The notes beneath the pieces are model-generated. The model was not told the origin of the DNA. It saw only the letters and a list, made by a program, of their open reading frames with translations, and made no database searches. A DNA stretch of 64,000 nt from Octopus vulgaris (lineage: Eukaryota): positions 36,518,001 through 36,582,000 of the forward strand of contig OX597832.1 in NCBI GenBank assembly GCA_951406725.2. The letters are read 5' to 3'. The position numbers and the translations under genes are program-made. This document shows positions 52,401 to 64,000 of this stretch, one piece after another (position 1 is the stretch's first letter; every line of letters begins with the position of its first letter).

Positions 52401-52823
52401 GGTGTGCACCTTCGCCGGTTTGTGCAAGATGTGAGAGGGACAGTGAAACTGTCCTGCACGTGATTGTGCAATGCCCCAAGGTGACTGAACTCTGGGCTTA
52501 TGTCGAATAACCTGCTGTCGCATTCGAGAAAAGTACCACTGTTGAGCGAATCTATAATTAATATAGTTCCGCCAACCTCCCTGAATAGGGAGGAGCAAGC
52601 CTGTTTTCTCTCGGTTGTTGCTGTGGCAAAAGAAGTAGTGTGGAAGACGAGAGTGAAAGGAATTGCAACAGGCATGTTTATCTCCAGTCTCGAGCTAATC
52701 AACTTTTTCATTTTCCACATGAAACGGAAAATAAGGCTGGAGAAGAAATGCCTGTCGCAAAGTGTGTTTCGTAAAAGATGGAAGTCTATAGCAAGTATGT
52801 TGCGAGTGAAAGAACCTGTTTAA
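49450..52823 (+). pseudogene. Disrupted LINE ORF2: AP endonuclease, reverse transcriptase and C-terminal CCHC
   Basis: APE motifs GCVNICGL, VITESK, GGVAVL, VVVYAP, VDFN, YIDRI, SDHKLV and YWKLN. RT motifs KSPGLDGL, NFRPITLLNSELKILAK, LDQSKAFDRVDH, R*GCPLSPLLY, VYADD and GGLGMP. Zn motif CARCERDSETVLHVIVQC. Multiple in-frame stops and frameshifts. Confidence 0.93.
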
Positions 52824-53584
52824 ACGAGAATGTAAAAAAGGAGAAAGCAAAGTCTTCAGTGTGAGTTTGTGGGGTCAACTACGTCCTCCGCTTCATTTTT
52901 GTTAATCACTCATTCTCATTTAATTGTATATATTTTAATTGTTTGTTTATTCATACGTTTTGTCTCATTCGATACCCTGGCCCCAATGTTTGTTTTGTCT
53001 GTCCTTGTATCATCCCCTCTTTTTCTCAACCTTATGGTGAATAAGGAAATTCTCTCTCTCTCTCTCTCCCCTTCCCTGATTTATGAACTATATTCTGAAT
53101 TTATTCCATTGTAATACCAAATACATAATTAAATATGACATATTTTCCCTACAAGAAAAAACAAGAGAAAGGAAAATTGTGATAATAAACAAATTTAAAG
53201 AATGTTTACTGATGTATTTACTTTGCAGATAAAACACATTGTTATGAATTTATTGACGATGTATTTGCTCATGATGTAATTAGCTTATAATGAAATTATC
53301 AAACAATATATTTACTGCAATGCAATTACCCATGATGAATTTAACAGCCAACATTCTTTGTGCATAAATGTTGTATGGATGTATGATTTATGTGCTGGAG
53401 TTAATGTAGAGAAGGATAAGAAGTGATTTCATCTTGTAATCTTGTCTCTAATGTGGCGCTACCTGGTTTTATTTCTCTGCATGCTCTGTACCACTTTCAT
53501 GGTGGAAACCAAACCAACTAGCGCTTAATAAGAGGTAACTCTTATAATAATGGTACCATAGATGAGTATATAAGTACACTATTG

Positions 53585-53879
53585 TCGTTTCCCAACCACT
53601 TAGTTCCAGGTTCCATCCTACTGCAAGCACCCCACAACAACTAGTATTGGTGTTTACATCTGTGTAACTCAGCAGTTTGGCAAAAGAGATTGATAGAATA
53701 AGTGCCTAGCTTTAAAAAATAAGGACTGGAATAAATTCATTTGACTAAAACTTCTTCAAGGCACTGCCTCTGTCTAATGATTGAAACAAGTTCTGGGTTC
53801 AGTCACACTGCGTGGCACCTTGGGCAAGTGTCTTCCACTATAGCTTTGGGCCGACCAAAGCTTTGTGAGTGGATTTAGT

Positions 53880-53914
<35 letters not shown>

Positions 53915-54125
53915 ATATTCGTGTGTCTGTGTTTGTCCCCCCCACCATTGCTTGACAACCAATGTTGGTGTGTTTACATCCCCATAACTTAGCGGTTCAG
54001 CAAAAGAGACTGATAGACTAATAGGCTCACAAGCAATAATTTCTGGGGTCAATTTGTTTGACTAAAGGTGGTGCTCCAGCATGGCCACAGTCAAATGACT
54101 GAAACAAGTAAAAGAATAAAAGAAT
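53585..54125 (+). mobile_element. Two tandem SINE family A copies, the first internally deleted; other partial or related copies at about 5815-6050(-), 6365-6755(+), 7520-7640(+), 24850-25025(+), 28440-28690(+), 33698-33845(+) and 42255-42600(+)
   Basis: Reads GGTTCAGTCACACTGCGTGGCACCTTGGGCAAGTGTCTT ... GACTGAAACAAGTAAAAGAATAAAAGAAT. Confidence 0.8.
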
Positions 54126-54502
54126 ATGTATATACACACACAAGTTATATATATATACATACACACACATACATACATACAGAGAGAGAGAGATAAGGAA
54201 GAGCTCTAGCATGGCCACAGCCTTAGAGCTGAAATGTATAAAAGAATACATACACATGTATATTTGTGAAATTTTGAACTTGCATAATGTTACATGTTAA
54301 GTTACATAATTGAACTTGTTTTCTGAGCATGCTATGGAAACATGTAGTAGTCCTCTGGAATAACCATTAATTTTATTTGGGCTTAGTGTGTGTGTGTGTG
54401 TGTGTGTGTATAATGAGAATAGGAATTCATTAAATCCATCAGAATTATTTTCATCATTCCTTCATACCACAACTGATTGCTCTCTTTTCTCTGTCTGTGT
54501 AG

Positions 54503-54636
54503 ATATCCAGGAATTTTACGAAGTAACACTTTTAGATGATTCCAAGTCAACACAACAGAAGACTTTGGAAACTTTACAGATTGCCAGTAAATGGGAAAAG
54601 GAGCCACCAATCACAAATAGCCAACCCAAGTTCGAC
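54503..54636 (+). CDS. DLG1: Internal coding exon of Discs large 1 (DLG1/SAP97-like MAGUK), end of the L27 domain: (D)IQEFYEVTLLDDSKSTQQKTLETLQIASKWEKEPPITNSQPKFD
   Basis: Polypyrimidine acceptor ctcttttctctgtctgtgtAG ends at 54502 and donor GTGAGT starts at 54637. The 134-nt open exon starts in phase 1 and ends in phase 0. DIQEFYEVTLLD is the DLG1 L27 C-terminal signature, and the continuation DDSKS.QQKT.ETLQIA.KWEK resembles invertebrate Dlg as I recall it. Neighbouring exons were not found in the window. Confidence 0.93.
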
Positions 54637-56255
54637 GTGAGTCAACTCTCATTTTGTTTTTCTGTTTTTTTCTTCTTGTTATGAGTTTTCTCCCCTATTT
54701 TTGTCTCCAAAAAGGAAAAAAGGGAAAAAAATGAAAAATAGACTTTATGAATTTTCAGCTTTTCTTTCTAAATTCCTTCCCTTGTTAACAAGCTAAAATT
54801 TCTGATTGGTTGGATTTTATTTCTACTGAAAGACATAGCAATAAGATTAATCCGAAATTGAAATCACATTGTTTTTATAAATAACTTAAATATATTTCCT
54901 TCTCCACAACACATTTCTGACATTTTATCTGTATCAGAAATGACTATTAATTCTGCTGAGATCAATTCTACTTTCCACCCTGCCAACATTGATTTAAAAA
55001 AAGAAAAAAAAGAAGTTACTAGTCAAGTGCTGGGGTCATTTTAATCAATTACTCTCCACCCAAATCTCTGGCCTTGTGCCTGTTGCAGAGTTTGTGAAGA
55101 AGTATTGGAACTGTGTGGAGTGGATGGAACTAGTCTAAGCATGTACCTGTGGATCAGAGAACAATATTTGGGAGAGTGCACATGCCCTTGATGATGCAGG
55201 TGGTCTTGGATTAGTGTGGTTCTTTCATTAGCTCTAGTTGGAGGCCCCTTAGTGTCAGGAGGATTGTACATAATGGTTTACTTGCCACAGGGGCATCAGA
55301 TAAAGGAGACATTTCAAAGACAATTTACAATTTGTATGAAGTTTTGCAATGGAAGAATATGCTCATGAAATTAATGTGCAAGTGGCTGAGTACTCCACAG
55401 ACATGTGTACCCTTAATGTAGTTCTGAGGCAGATTCAGCATGGCACAAAATGTGACTAGGCTGACCCTTAAGTACTACTCATTTTTTGTCAGCTGAGTGG
55501 ACTGGAGCAATGTGAAATAAAGTGTCTTGCTCAAGGACACAATGTTCCACTGGGAATTGATCCCACTGCATTATGATTGTGATCTAAATACCCTTACCAC
55601 TAAGCCATGTGCCTTCACAGAGATAAGCAAGCAGCAAGCTTAACAACACCACCACAACCACCACCACCATCACCACCACCACCATTATCATCACTACTAC
55701 ACCACAACCACCACTATTGTACCAGCATCACCACCTTAAGAGTACACTATTACATCAGTACCTCATCCCCACTACTATATCAGCCCCAGATCATTTCTAC
55801 TATACTGCTACCACCACCTCCATACCACTACTACCACATCACAAATACTATACCACCACCAAATCACCATTACACAACCACCTCCAGCACCACCCTGTCA
55901 TCACATTCCCCTGTTGCCACACTGCAAATATATAATATACAATATATATCCCCCTCGTAAAATTATGTCAGTAATAAAGTGGACAGCTGGAAATTGGATC
56001 TTTTTATTGGTTTCAGTTTTATTACTGAATAATAGATGTGGTGGTGGACGTGGTGATGGCAGTGGTGTCAGGTCACCTTGGTTAAGGTGTTAGATCACCT
56101 TGGTGGTGGTGGTGGTGGTGGATGTAGAGGTTAGGTCATGTTGACAGTGGAAGTTTTTATATAGTTGTAAAACAAGGGACAGTGGCATTGACCATTACAA
56201 TACTTTCCATGCTGGTCAGTTTGATGTGGTTGATGCCTTTAGTGAGATATTTTGG

Positions 56256-56290
<35 letters not shown>

Positions 56291-56399
56291 AGAAAGAATT
56301 CCAGATGACTGTAATTGGTGATGGTCAACTGTTTAATGGGCATTTCATGAGATGCAATGAATAAGGGTTTGCTGTGAGTAAATCCTGGTGAGGGTGATA

Positions 56400-57400
56400 T
56401 CCAGTATTTGCTGGTTCAGACGAGCAGAGGCTGTTGTAGTAGTTGTAGATGTGTGAGTGAGAGGAAACAGTCTTTGCAAATTAACTTTCCAGTTAATTGG
56501 CTTCCTTATAGTCTAGGATATTCATGTGTGTATGTTTGTGTGGGAACCCCTGAATCCCTTATGTATCAGTACTCCTGTATGTGTCCCTCTTTAGCATTGT
56601 GGAGGGCCAGCAAAATATCTTTACTCAAGTATCCTCCTTCTCTGAACAGACAGATTCGTATCTGTCAAACTTTTGGCATTGTATGTGGTAGTGACCATGG
56701 AAGATCAAACATTGAGGGCTAAGTATTTATAGTAACTTTCAGTGTTTTAGTTGCATGTTGGATATATATAGAGAGACCATGAAGTGCAAGACAACTAGAT
56801 TTAGTGGTTGAGAGTTTCTTGAAAAGTATTTGTTTGTGATGGCCTCATTACAAGACATTTTTGATGTTTCTTGTTAAAGAAGCTGTTTGTTTAGATATCT
56901 AAGTTTGTATGTGTACAGAAGATGAAGGAGGTGTAATGGTTGGTCTTGTATTGGAATGAATGTGGGAATCATTAATGTAGAAAATATTGAAGACATAAGT
57001 AACCCCTAACTTACACCTGAGTTGATTGAATGTAACATAAAAAAACTCCCATGAGTGTGGTGATGGTTTGAGTGAAAATCTCTCATCCAAGAGGTGTTAG
57101 ATAGTTGGGTCAGTAGTTTGGTAACCATGGTACAGTGGTTCACATGTTGTGACTCATTTAATTGTTTTGATAATGTTCTCTTGAGGTGTTGAAGCGATAA
57201 TGACTTTGTTCTGGCATTCTGTGCCTGTGTACTTGTAGCTGTGTATTGAACCACTTGATCTTTAGTTGTATAAACGATATGAAGAATATACCTGAGAGGG
57301 TGGGGCCAGTCACTCACTTAACTTGATCAAGGGGTAGTTGTAATTACTTTGAAGAGTTGTTAGTTTAGAACTGATGGAGATCCAAATGCTTAGTTGTAGA
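56400..57400 (-). mobile_element. Possible very old RTE-like RT remnant
   Basis: Degenerate echoes of GVRQGCILSPILF (SGV..G..LSSIF) and RRILRKIFGP on the minus strand. Confidence 0.3.
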
Positions 57401-60009
57401 GTGTATGGTGGGTAGGTTACAGTATGATGTATGGTCTGTTTTGTGGTTGTGTGTTATGAGGTCTGTTTTGTGATGCTATGGTGTGAAGTTTGATAGAGAT
57501 ATTATGCGAAGTAGTTGTGTGGTTGTTGTATGGTGTTTGTGTAGTGATAATGACTGATGTAGCTGTCATGTGTTACAATGTATGCTACTTTGATCAGTCA
57601 GTGATCAGACAATATGGTGGGGTTGGGCTGTTTGGTAAAAACTGGATTTAGAGGTGAAAAGAGAGGTTAAAAGTAATTGCAAAGTTAGCTCATTTGATTA
57701 TGCTTGTGGTGGTGGTGCTGCGGCTGATTGGTGTGTGGTTGCACAGGGTTGTGGTGCAGTGAATGTCGGAGGTGGTAAAGGCCCATTACTTGCTCCAGTT
57801 TGCTGAACTGAAAATAACAGGTTTCACTCCTCCTTCATGGTTGACTGGTGATCAGAATGAAGGGCATCCACCTATAAAAAAAAAACTATTATTTTAGCTG
57901 CAAAAAAAAAGAAAAAAGCAAAAAATGGCTGCATGAAAAACTACAGTAGCACATACACATGCACACACACACAGAGGCCCACATACACACACCTACACAT
58001 ACATGCACACACACACATTTATGAGCGTGTTTGTGTGTTCACCTGTTTATTCTGAGAAAGCAAGTTTGTAAGACGAATCAGTCTGGTTTCTTCAGATTGA
58101 ATGTTATCAAAAGACATAACACTGTTTACATGATAAGTCACCTTGTACTTACAAGTTCTATATATATGTATGTGTGCACGGGTGATATGTTGAAGAGCGT
58201 TTGAAGTTTCAAATATAGCCGATCACCTGTAAGCCCAGATCAATTTGTGTGTCAATCAGTACTTTCCTTGCTCTCTCTCTCTTCCCTTACTTCTCTCTCT
58301 CTCTCAACATTCGCTTGTTTTCAGTTGCACTTTCTTTCTCATCTTTGCCCACACATGCTCCTTACATGAACCAAGAATAAGTAAGAGACTGCAAGTAGAG
58401 TGTAGAGGTAGTTTTAAATAGTGTTTTGCCAAAAAATTTCTAAGACAAAATCATGTTAAGGGTTTTTGTTTTGATTGTTATTCTGGTCTTATGGGAGGTC
58501 AAGGCCTTTAGTTTTCATAATCAACAATAAGTATGTCGGGAGGAAAAAAAAAACATTATTAGTTAATAGATATTATTACTATTTTGAAATTCCTGGCAAA
58601 TATCAGAGATAATGATAGATCTGTTGCAGTCTTATGACTTCATTAGCAAAGATGTAAGGAAAAAGATTTGATTAGAAATTGAGCAATTTAGAGACACCTT
58701 TTATAAAGAATGGTGTTTAAAATCGTGTTGACTTATTTAATACACAGAACACTGTGGTGTTGAAGGTGTCTATACCTATGATTAACAACCAAAAAGAGAC
58801 ACACTGTGACCAACCTGATATATTTCACACTCTGTTACATGTGCTGTCTGTTTTATCTTCAGTATTTGATTTTTGCTTGCAACAAGGTCTGTTTTCACTT
58901 GTGTAGCATGCCATAATGTATTTGATATCAAAAGAATCTCAGCTTGTTTTCTCTCTCTATGTCAGTAAGTAAATGATACCAGATCTACAGATTTAGGTAA
59001 ACTGTGAATGATTTAAAGACTTAAGGATAAGAATTCACAACAGAAGAGAGATGTGCAATGTTCATTCTTTATGCTCCAAGGAACTGGTGTTTGATTTATG
59101 ACAAGTAGTGGCTCAGTCATGTTGCCCAAGGATTGAGGTTTTGAATTCCCTTGTATTACATTCTTAGTAAAGAAGCTTAATTCTACTTCGAGCCTACTGG
59201 GAGGTTCGTTGCATAAAAACAAAGTGCTTTTCATTTCTATCAGAATTCAAAACTTATTGCAATTGAAAGGTGTCAGCCATTGTATTGTTATAAAATTGGA
59301 AAATATTCTGACCAAGATTAAAACTGGTTTGCCAACATTATGATGAAAATATTACATCTTGTAATTTTGCTATCACACGAAAGCTTATCTCCAAATTGGA
59401 AGCTCACCAAAGTTTGCAGGAGGATGGTGCTACAGTGAGAGATAAAGAAGATAATTGGTAAATGACTGAATGAGTGAAGATTTGAATCCTGGATTGAAAT
59501 CTCTTTAAGAAAAGTGAAATAATGCTGCACCTCTTCTCGTTAATGTTCTTTTTATGGAGATTTTGTGATGGTGGCTTATAATTTAATTGAGCTAGGATTC
59601 AAGAGGATAGAATCAATATTGGACTTTTTCACCCAGTTCTTTTAAAGACTAAACTGCTTTAGTATGGAGTAATTATAGAGTTGATTCCTAGTTTGGTTTA
59701 TTCATGCCCCATTGACTTGTCTTCAGTTTGTTTAGTTTTTCTTTTCTAGAAATTCTTGCTAGTTTTCGTTATTTTGGAGAAATTGTTTAATGAAATAAAT
59801 TGAGCTGTCAGTAACTAATGGTTATATTTTAAACCTAAAATCAATTTAATTAAATCTAAATGCCTCTCTTCAACTCAATGCTACCTTCTTCATCATTAAA
59901 TAAATGGTTACATTGTATATTTCAGTTGTTTTGCTTCAGATTTATTCTTTATTACATGACACCATTTTTCAGAGCAATGAATGTTTTGGCTGTCTGTGCG
60001 TGGGCATGC

Positions 60010-60011
<2 letters not shown>

Positions 60012-60090
<79 letters not shown>
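60012..60090. repeat. Long (TG)n microsatellite, representative of dozens of CA/TG, TA and GA arrays across the window
   Basis: Directly visible. Confidence 0.95.
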
Positions 60091-61011
60091 CATGCAAGAT
60101 TTTCACAAAAGATTTTAGTCTATTTCTATAGCAGTGTGTGGAGGTGTGATAATGTAGTGTACCTGTGTGTGTGTGTTGGTTTCAGTCACTGGACAGTGGC
60201 CATGTTAGAGTATTACTTTCTAGATTATTTCACATCCATACCAGTCTTGCTTCTGTCTGGTACTTACTTTATTGATCTTTATTTATTGAATGGCTAAATT
60301 ACATTTTGATGTAAAGGAATGCAGTTTGACATACCATTTCACATGCGTGTTTGTGTATGCACACACACACACACACACACACATAATTGATATACTTTGT
60401 ATATTACACATATAATAAAACTAAATGCACCCTTTTAAAGCCTAGCCAGGCTCATGGGCCTGGTTTCCCAGTTTCCATGGCGTATGTGTTCCCCAGCTGG
60501 ATGGGACACCAGTCCATCGCAGCGTTACTCATTTTTGCCAGCTGTGTGGACTGGAGCAACGTGAAATGAAGTGTTTTGCTCAAGAACACAACGCATCGCC
60601 TGGTCCAGGAATTGAAACCACAACCTTACAATCATGGTGCTGACACCCAAGCCACGTGCCTCCACATATTACACATATACTGAATGTTATATACCTGATG
60701 TCACTGTTACATATACTATTTTATTCTAATCCTCCTCTTCTATATCTGCTACTGACATTCTTTGTTGCAAATCTGCTGCAGAGTATCATCTCTACTCCCT
60801 GCTATTGACTCTGCATACTCTTTCATTCTTAGAATTGCTACACATTCTCTATACTCCTACTGTGCTGAATCTGCTCCTCTCTTTGCCTTAATTCTTCTAA
60901 TCTCTGCCATACTCTCTCTCTCTCCTAGTTGTGCCAACTCTGAGTTTTAGATCTTCTGTTGATTGCTTTTACCCACTCTCTCTCTCCTAGATCAGACACT
61001 AACTTTCTATA

Positions 61012-61052
<41 letters not shown>

Positions 61053-61082
61053 TCTCTCAGATCTGTTACTAATAGTCTCTAC

Positions 61083-61394
61083 CAGGCCTGGCCAACTCGA
61101 ATTACATTGCAGGACGCTTTAATCATGAAGTTTTTGAGGGCCACTTGTATACTTTATGCACTAATAGTCGAATTACAGAATCAAGAATTTTTCATGCTTT
61201 TCATTTGTTTAAAATTATAAGATTGTGGGCTATTGCTTTATTGCTACTTTTAAATTTTCAATGATTGTTGCAAAAACAAGCTTTAATTAAAATGTTTGTT
61301 TAAATAAATACATTTCAAGAAAGTATCAAGCGGGCTGCAAGATAAAAGTCTGCAGGCCACATGTGGCTTACAGGCCTCAGGTTGGCCAGCCCTG
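61083..61394. mobile_element. hAT (Charlie-like) MITE
   Basis: TIRs CAGGCCTGGCCAAC / GTTGGCCAGCCCTG, with 8-bp TSD GTCTCTAC / GTCTATAC (one mismatch). Confidence 0.85.
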
Positions 61395-61724
61395 GTCTAT
61401 ACTTTCTGTGGCTTAGATCTGCTACAGGTTGTGTATAATGGCTTTGTCCTAGACCTGCAACTGACTCTGTCTAGCTGTATTTAAGTAACAATATCCAGTT
61501 ACATGCATGCTGTGTCTATCAAGCCAGAATAACTCTCTCCACTCCTTTCTCTCAACCCATTTCTTCCTACACATCTGCTTCCCCTAACTACCTACACCTC
61601 ACCTAAATCTCATTCACATTTTTCCATCAACCAAAAGAACAACCTGCAAGAATACAATATAAAGACAGAAAGAACCATATGCGCACACACAAACACACAT
61701 TTAATGTAGGTATTACATATATGC

Positions 61725-61778
<54 letters not shown>

Positions 61779-61905
61779 GGAGCGTAAAAGGGATGTTATC
61801 CTGGCAGATACTGTATTATCTCCCAGATTGGTTTTGATGCCAGCTAATCACTGCGGTCCAATATATAGTACTCAAGCTTAGAGTTACTGGTACTGGTAAA
61901 CTTCA

Positions 61906-62325
61906 TTATTTGCAATGGACAGATAGTGTCCTCACTTTGTTATTAGCACAACTTTTTGGTTGATGTACTTTCCAGCTTTCATCTGGTGTTCTGATAGAAT
62001 TCCAAACCCAACCCTTTTTTTGACTAATGGAGTACTCTGTTCTCATTCCTAAGGTATTCTGTTTTGCAGTTGTTTTTTTTTTTCTGTTGATATTAAGTCC
62101 CAGGCAGGGACTTGGGAAATAATATCAACAGAAAAAAATAATGTCAGCAAAAAAAAAAACCTTAGGAATGAGAACAGAGTACCCCCATTATTCAAAGGCG
62201 TCCGAAATTACACCAGAACACCTGATGAATGCTGGAGAGCACATTAGCCAAAACATTGTGGTAACAACAAACAAGGTGAGGACATTGTAAATAATGTAAT
62301 AATTCCTCATCTCAAAAATATAGAT
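61906..62325. mobile_element. Second fold-back PLE-derived element (related subfamily) with a hammerhead motif in each arm, 12-bp TSD
   Basis: Arms are inverted around AAGTCCC-AGGCA-GGGACTT (62095-62113). TGGTAAACTTCA is repeated at 61894-61905 and 62326-62337. It shares CCTTAGGAATGAGAAC, the hammerhead and the AATTCCTCATCTC tail with 19015-19518. Confidence 0.85.
62217..62262 (+). ncRNA. Hammerhead motif, family 1 (CpG-decayed); a more degenerate inverted copy lies at 61945-61990
   Basis: Reads AACAC-CUGAUGA-A-UGCUG(GAGAGCACAU)UAGCC-AAAA-CA-U-U-GUGGU. Confidence 0.65.
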
Positions 62326-62788
62326 TGGTAAACTTCACTCATTGGGTACATGTATCTATAGTTAGTATATATATATATATATATATATATAGATATAATC
62401 GTCATCATTTAACACCCATGCTAGCATATATATGTATATATATATTGTGTGTTTTTGATATTTTGTAAGAGTCATAGAGGTTGGTGGGAAAAGTTGAAGT
62501 TATATTTGTAGGATGTAAACATTTATAATGTTTATAAAACTACAGATTGTATGGTTCATAGAATGGCCAGTTAAGGGCTGGAGATAAATAGCCAGACGTA
62601 TTATATAGATGACTTATCTTTGCTCTGTGTGTGTGTTAATCTATGACATAATCTGGCTACAGATGTGTTAGATGTCATTACCCATGTCACTATAGACTGC
62701 TATGCTCCATGAACTTGACCACTACATTATACAAAGTGCTGCTAGAACTATTGATATATACAACTATTGCTATATATGTGTGTATGTA

Positions 62789-62826
<38 letters not shown>

Positions 62827-64000
62827 CTTCTTTCAGTTCTGAATGTGGGTGTGAAATTCAGATTAAGTGATCTTCTGAGAGCAAGAGATCACTTAGTAAC
62901 CGAGATGTCACCAAGGTCTCATAGCTGTCTGTAAATACCATTCCTCTTTGTGGCAGCTGCCAACCTGTATGAATTCATGTTAATTCTAAACTGGCAATAT
63001 AGTTGTCGTGCGTATGTCAGCGTTAAATTTCTGGTGTATTATTTTGAAGTTGACAAATGGTTGCAAATATTTTTGGTAAAAGCTTTTAGCTTTAATAATC
63101 CAATGAGCTGTGTGCCATTATTTTCATGATGTGCTGAGCACTTTTTGCAGTTACTTTACTTAAGCTGTCTTCTGTATTCTTCACTGTCTTAAACCAGAAT
63201 GGATTGTTTTTCATATTTTGTTCTTTGAATATTATGTAAAATACTGATTATGCAAGCATGTGTGTATTTGTGCTTGTGAGTGTGTATAATATCAGCTGTA
63301 CAGCTGCCGTTGTGCATGTATACAGCAATATATACAGTCATACAACTCAGTTTGGTAATTGTGTCTTATACAGATTTCTATAGGTGCAAGAATTGAGGTT
63401 TTGTGACAATAATGCCTTTCTTGAGTAAGATGGTTGGAATAAATATGAACTCCCTGCTGGGAGATTACTTTTTATTCCTCCTCTTCCCCCCATTATGACA
63501 GGGGCCACCAGTTATGGAATGGTGTGAAGTTCATTAGCTAAAATCATCATGTTACTGAGAATGAGGTGGAGTAATTCATTATGCAACTGGCATGTTGTTA
63601 TGCACCCCCCTCCATCCTCCAATACATGGTTTGTACTTTATTTTATCAGATCCAGTATTTGATCAGTATTTCTATTTTTATCAACCTCCATTTTGGTTGG
63701 GACTTATGAACCTCAGTATTTGACTGGTACCTTATTTTATGATCCCCGAAAAGTATTGACACTAACAAATGAAATCCTGCTCTCTCCCAGACATCAAATT
63801 GTGAAAATGTCTCAATCATTTCTATTTGAATATTCCTGCTGCTCAAAGACCCTCCCTGTGGTTGCTTGAGGTGTTAGAAATAACTGCTAAATCTTCCTCA
63901 AATCATACCATCGTAAATAAAAGAAACTGGACAGTGTAATCGTAGATATACAAACATTCAGGATGGTCATGGCTAGAACAAATTTAATGAATAAGCCTGC

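Larger units (their letters stand above)
47107..53050 (+). mobile_element. Near full-length, inactivated Tx1/L1-clade LINE (5'UTR, ORF1 with zinc knuckle, APE-RT-CCHC ORF2, 3'UTR) inserted in a (TC)n array
   Basis: Continuous GC- and CpG-richer block containing the ORF1 and ORF2 remnants listed below. It begins right after a TC-rich tract (46913-47106) and ends at AATAAGGAAAT followed by (TC)n at 53051. Confidence 0.9.

Noticed and set aside
53790-60300. Inverted SINE A copies flanking the dlg1 exon (possible back-splicing)
   Set aside because: The downstream copy at about 60175-60300 is too short and diverged to support stable pairing.
1-64000. CRISPR array or prokaryotic operon
   Set aside because: This is eukaryotic intronic DNA with no identical repeats separated by unique spacers and no operon-like ORFs.

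Overview
AT-rich, repeat-dense animal genomic DNA. The repeat landscape suggests an Octopus-like coleoid cephalopod, which is inference and not a database result. The only host coding sequence I can support is one 134-bp internal exon of a Discs large (DLG1/SAP97) gene at 54503-54636 (+), encoding the end of the L27 domain, so the window is essentially dlg1 intron. The rest is microsatellites, several tRNA-derived SINE families, RTE LINE fragments, a near full-length decayed Tx1/L1-clade LINE sitting in a (TC)n array (47107-53050), hAT, mariner and piggyBac-like DNA transposon remnants, a 5S rRNA pseudogene and Penelope-like element (PLE) remnants. The most notable signal is a set of type I hammerhead-ribozyme motifs in four unrelated sequence families. 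The most abundant family couples a tRNA-like Pol III head to a minimal hammerhead. It occurs at the 3' end of a PLE GIY-YIG fragment (45 kb) and as two independent non-coding fold-back insertions (19 kb and 62 kb), each with an exact 12-bp target-site duplication. All hammerhead copies carry substitutions, so ribozyme activity is inferred only for the consensus. Almost all ORFs in the supplied track are microsatellite or repeat artefacts. Repeat boundaries were read by eye and are approximate unless a TSD is given.
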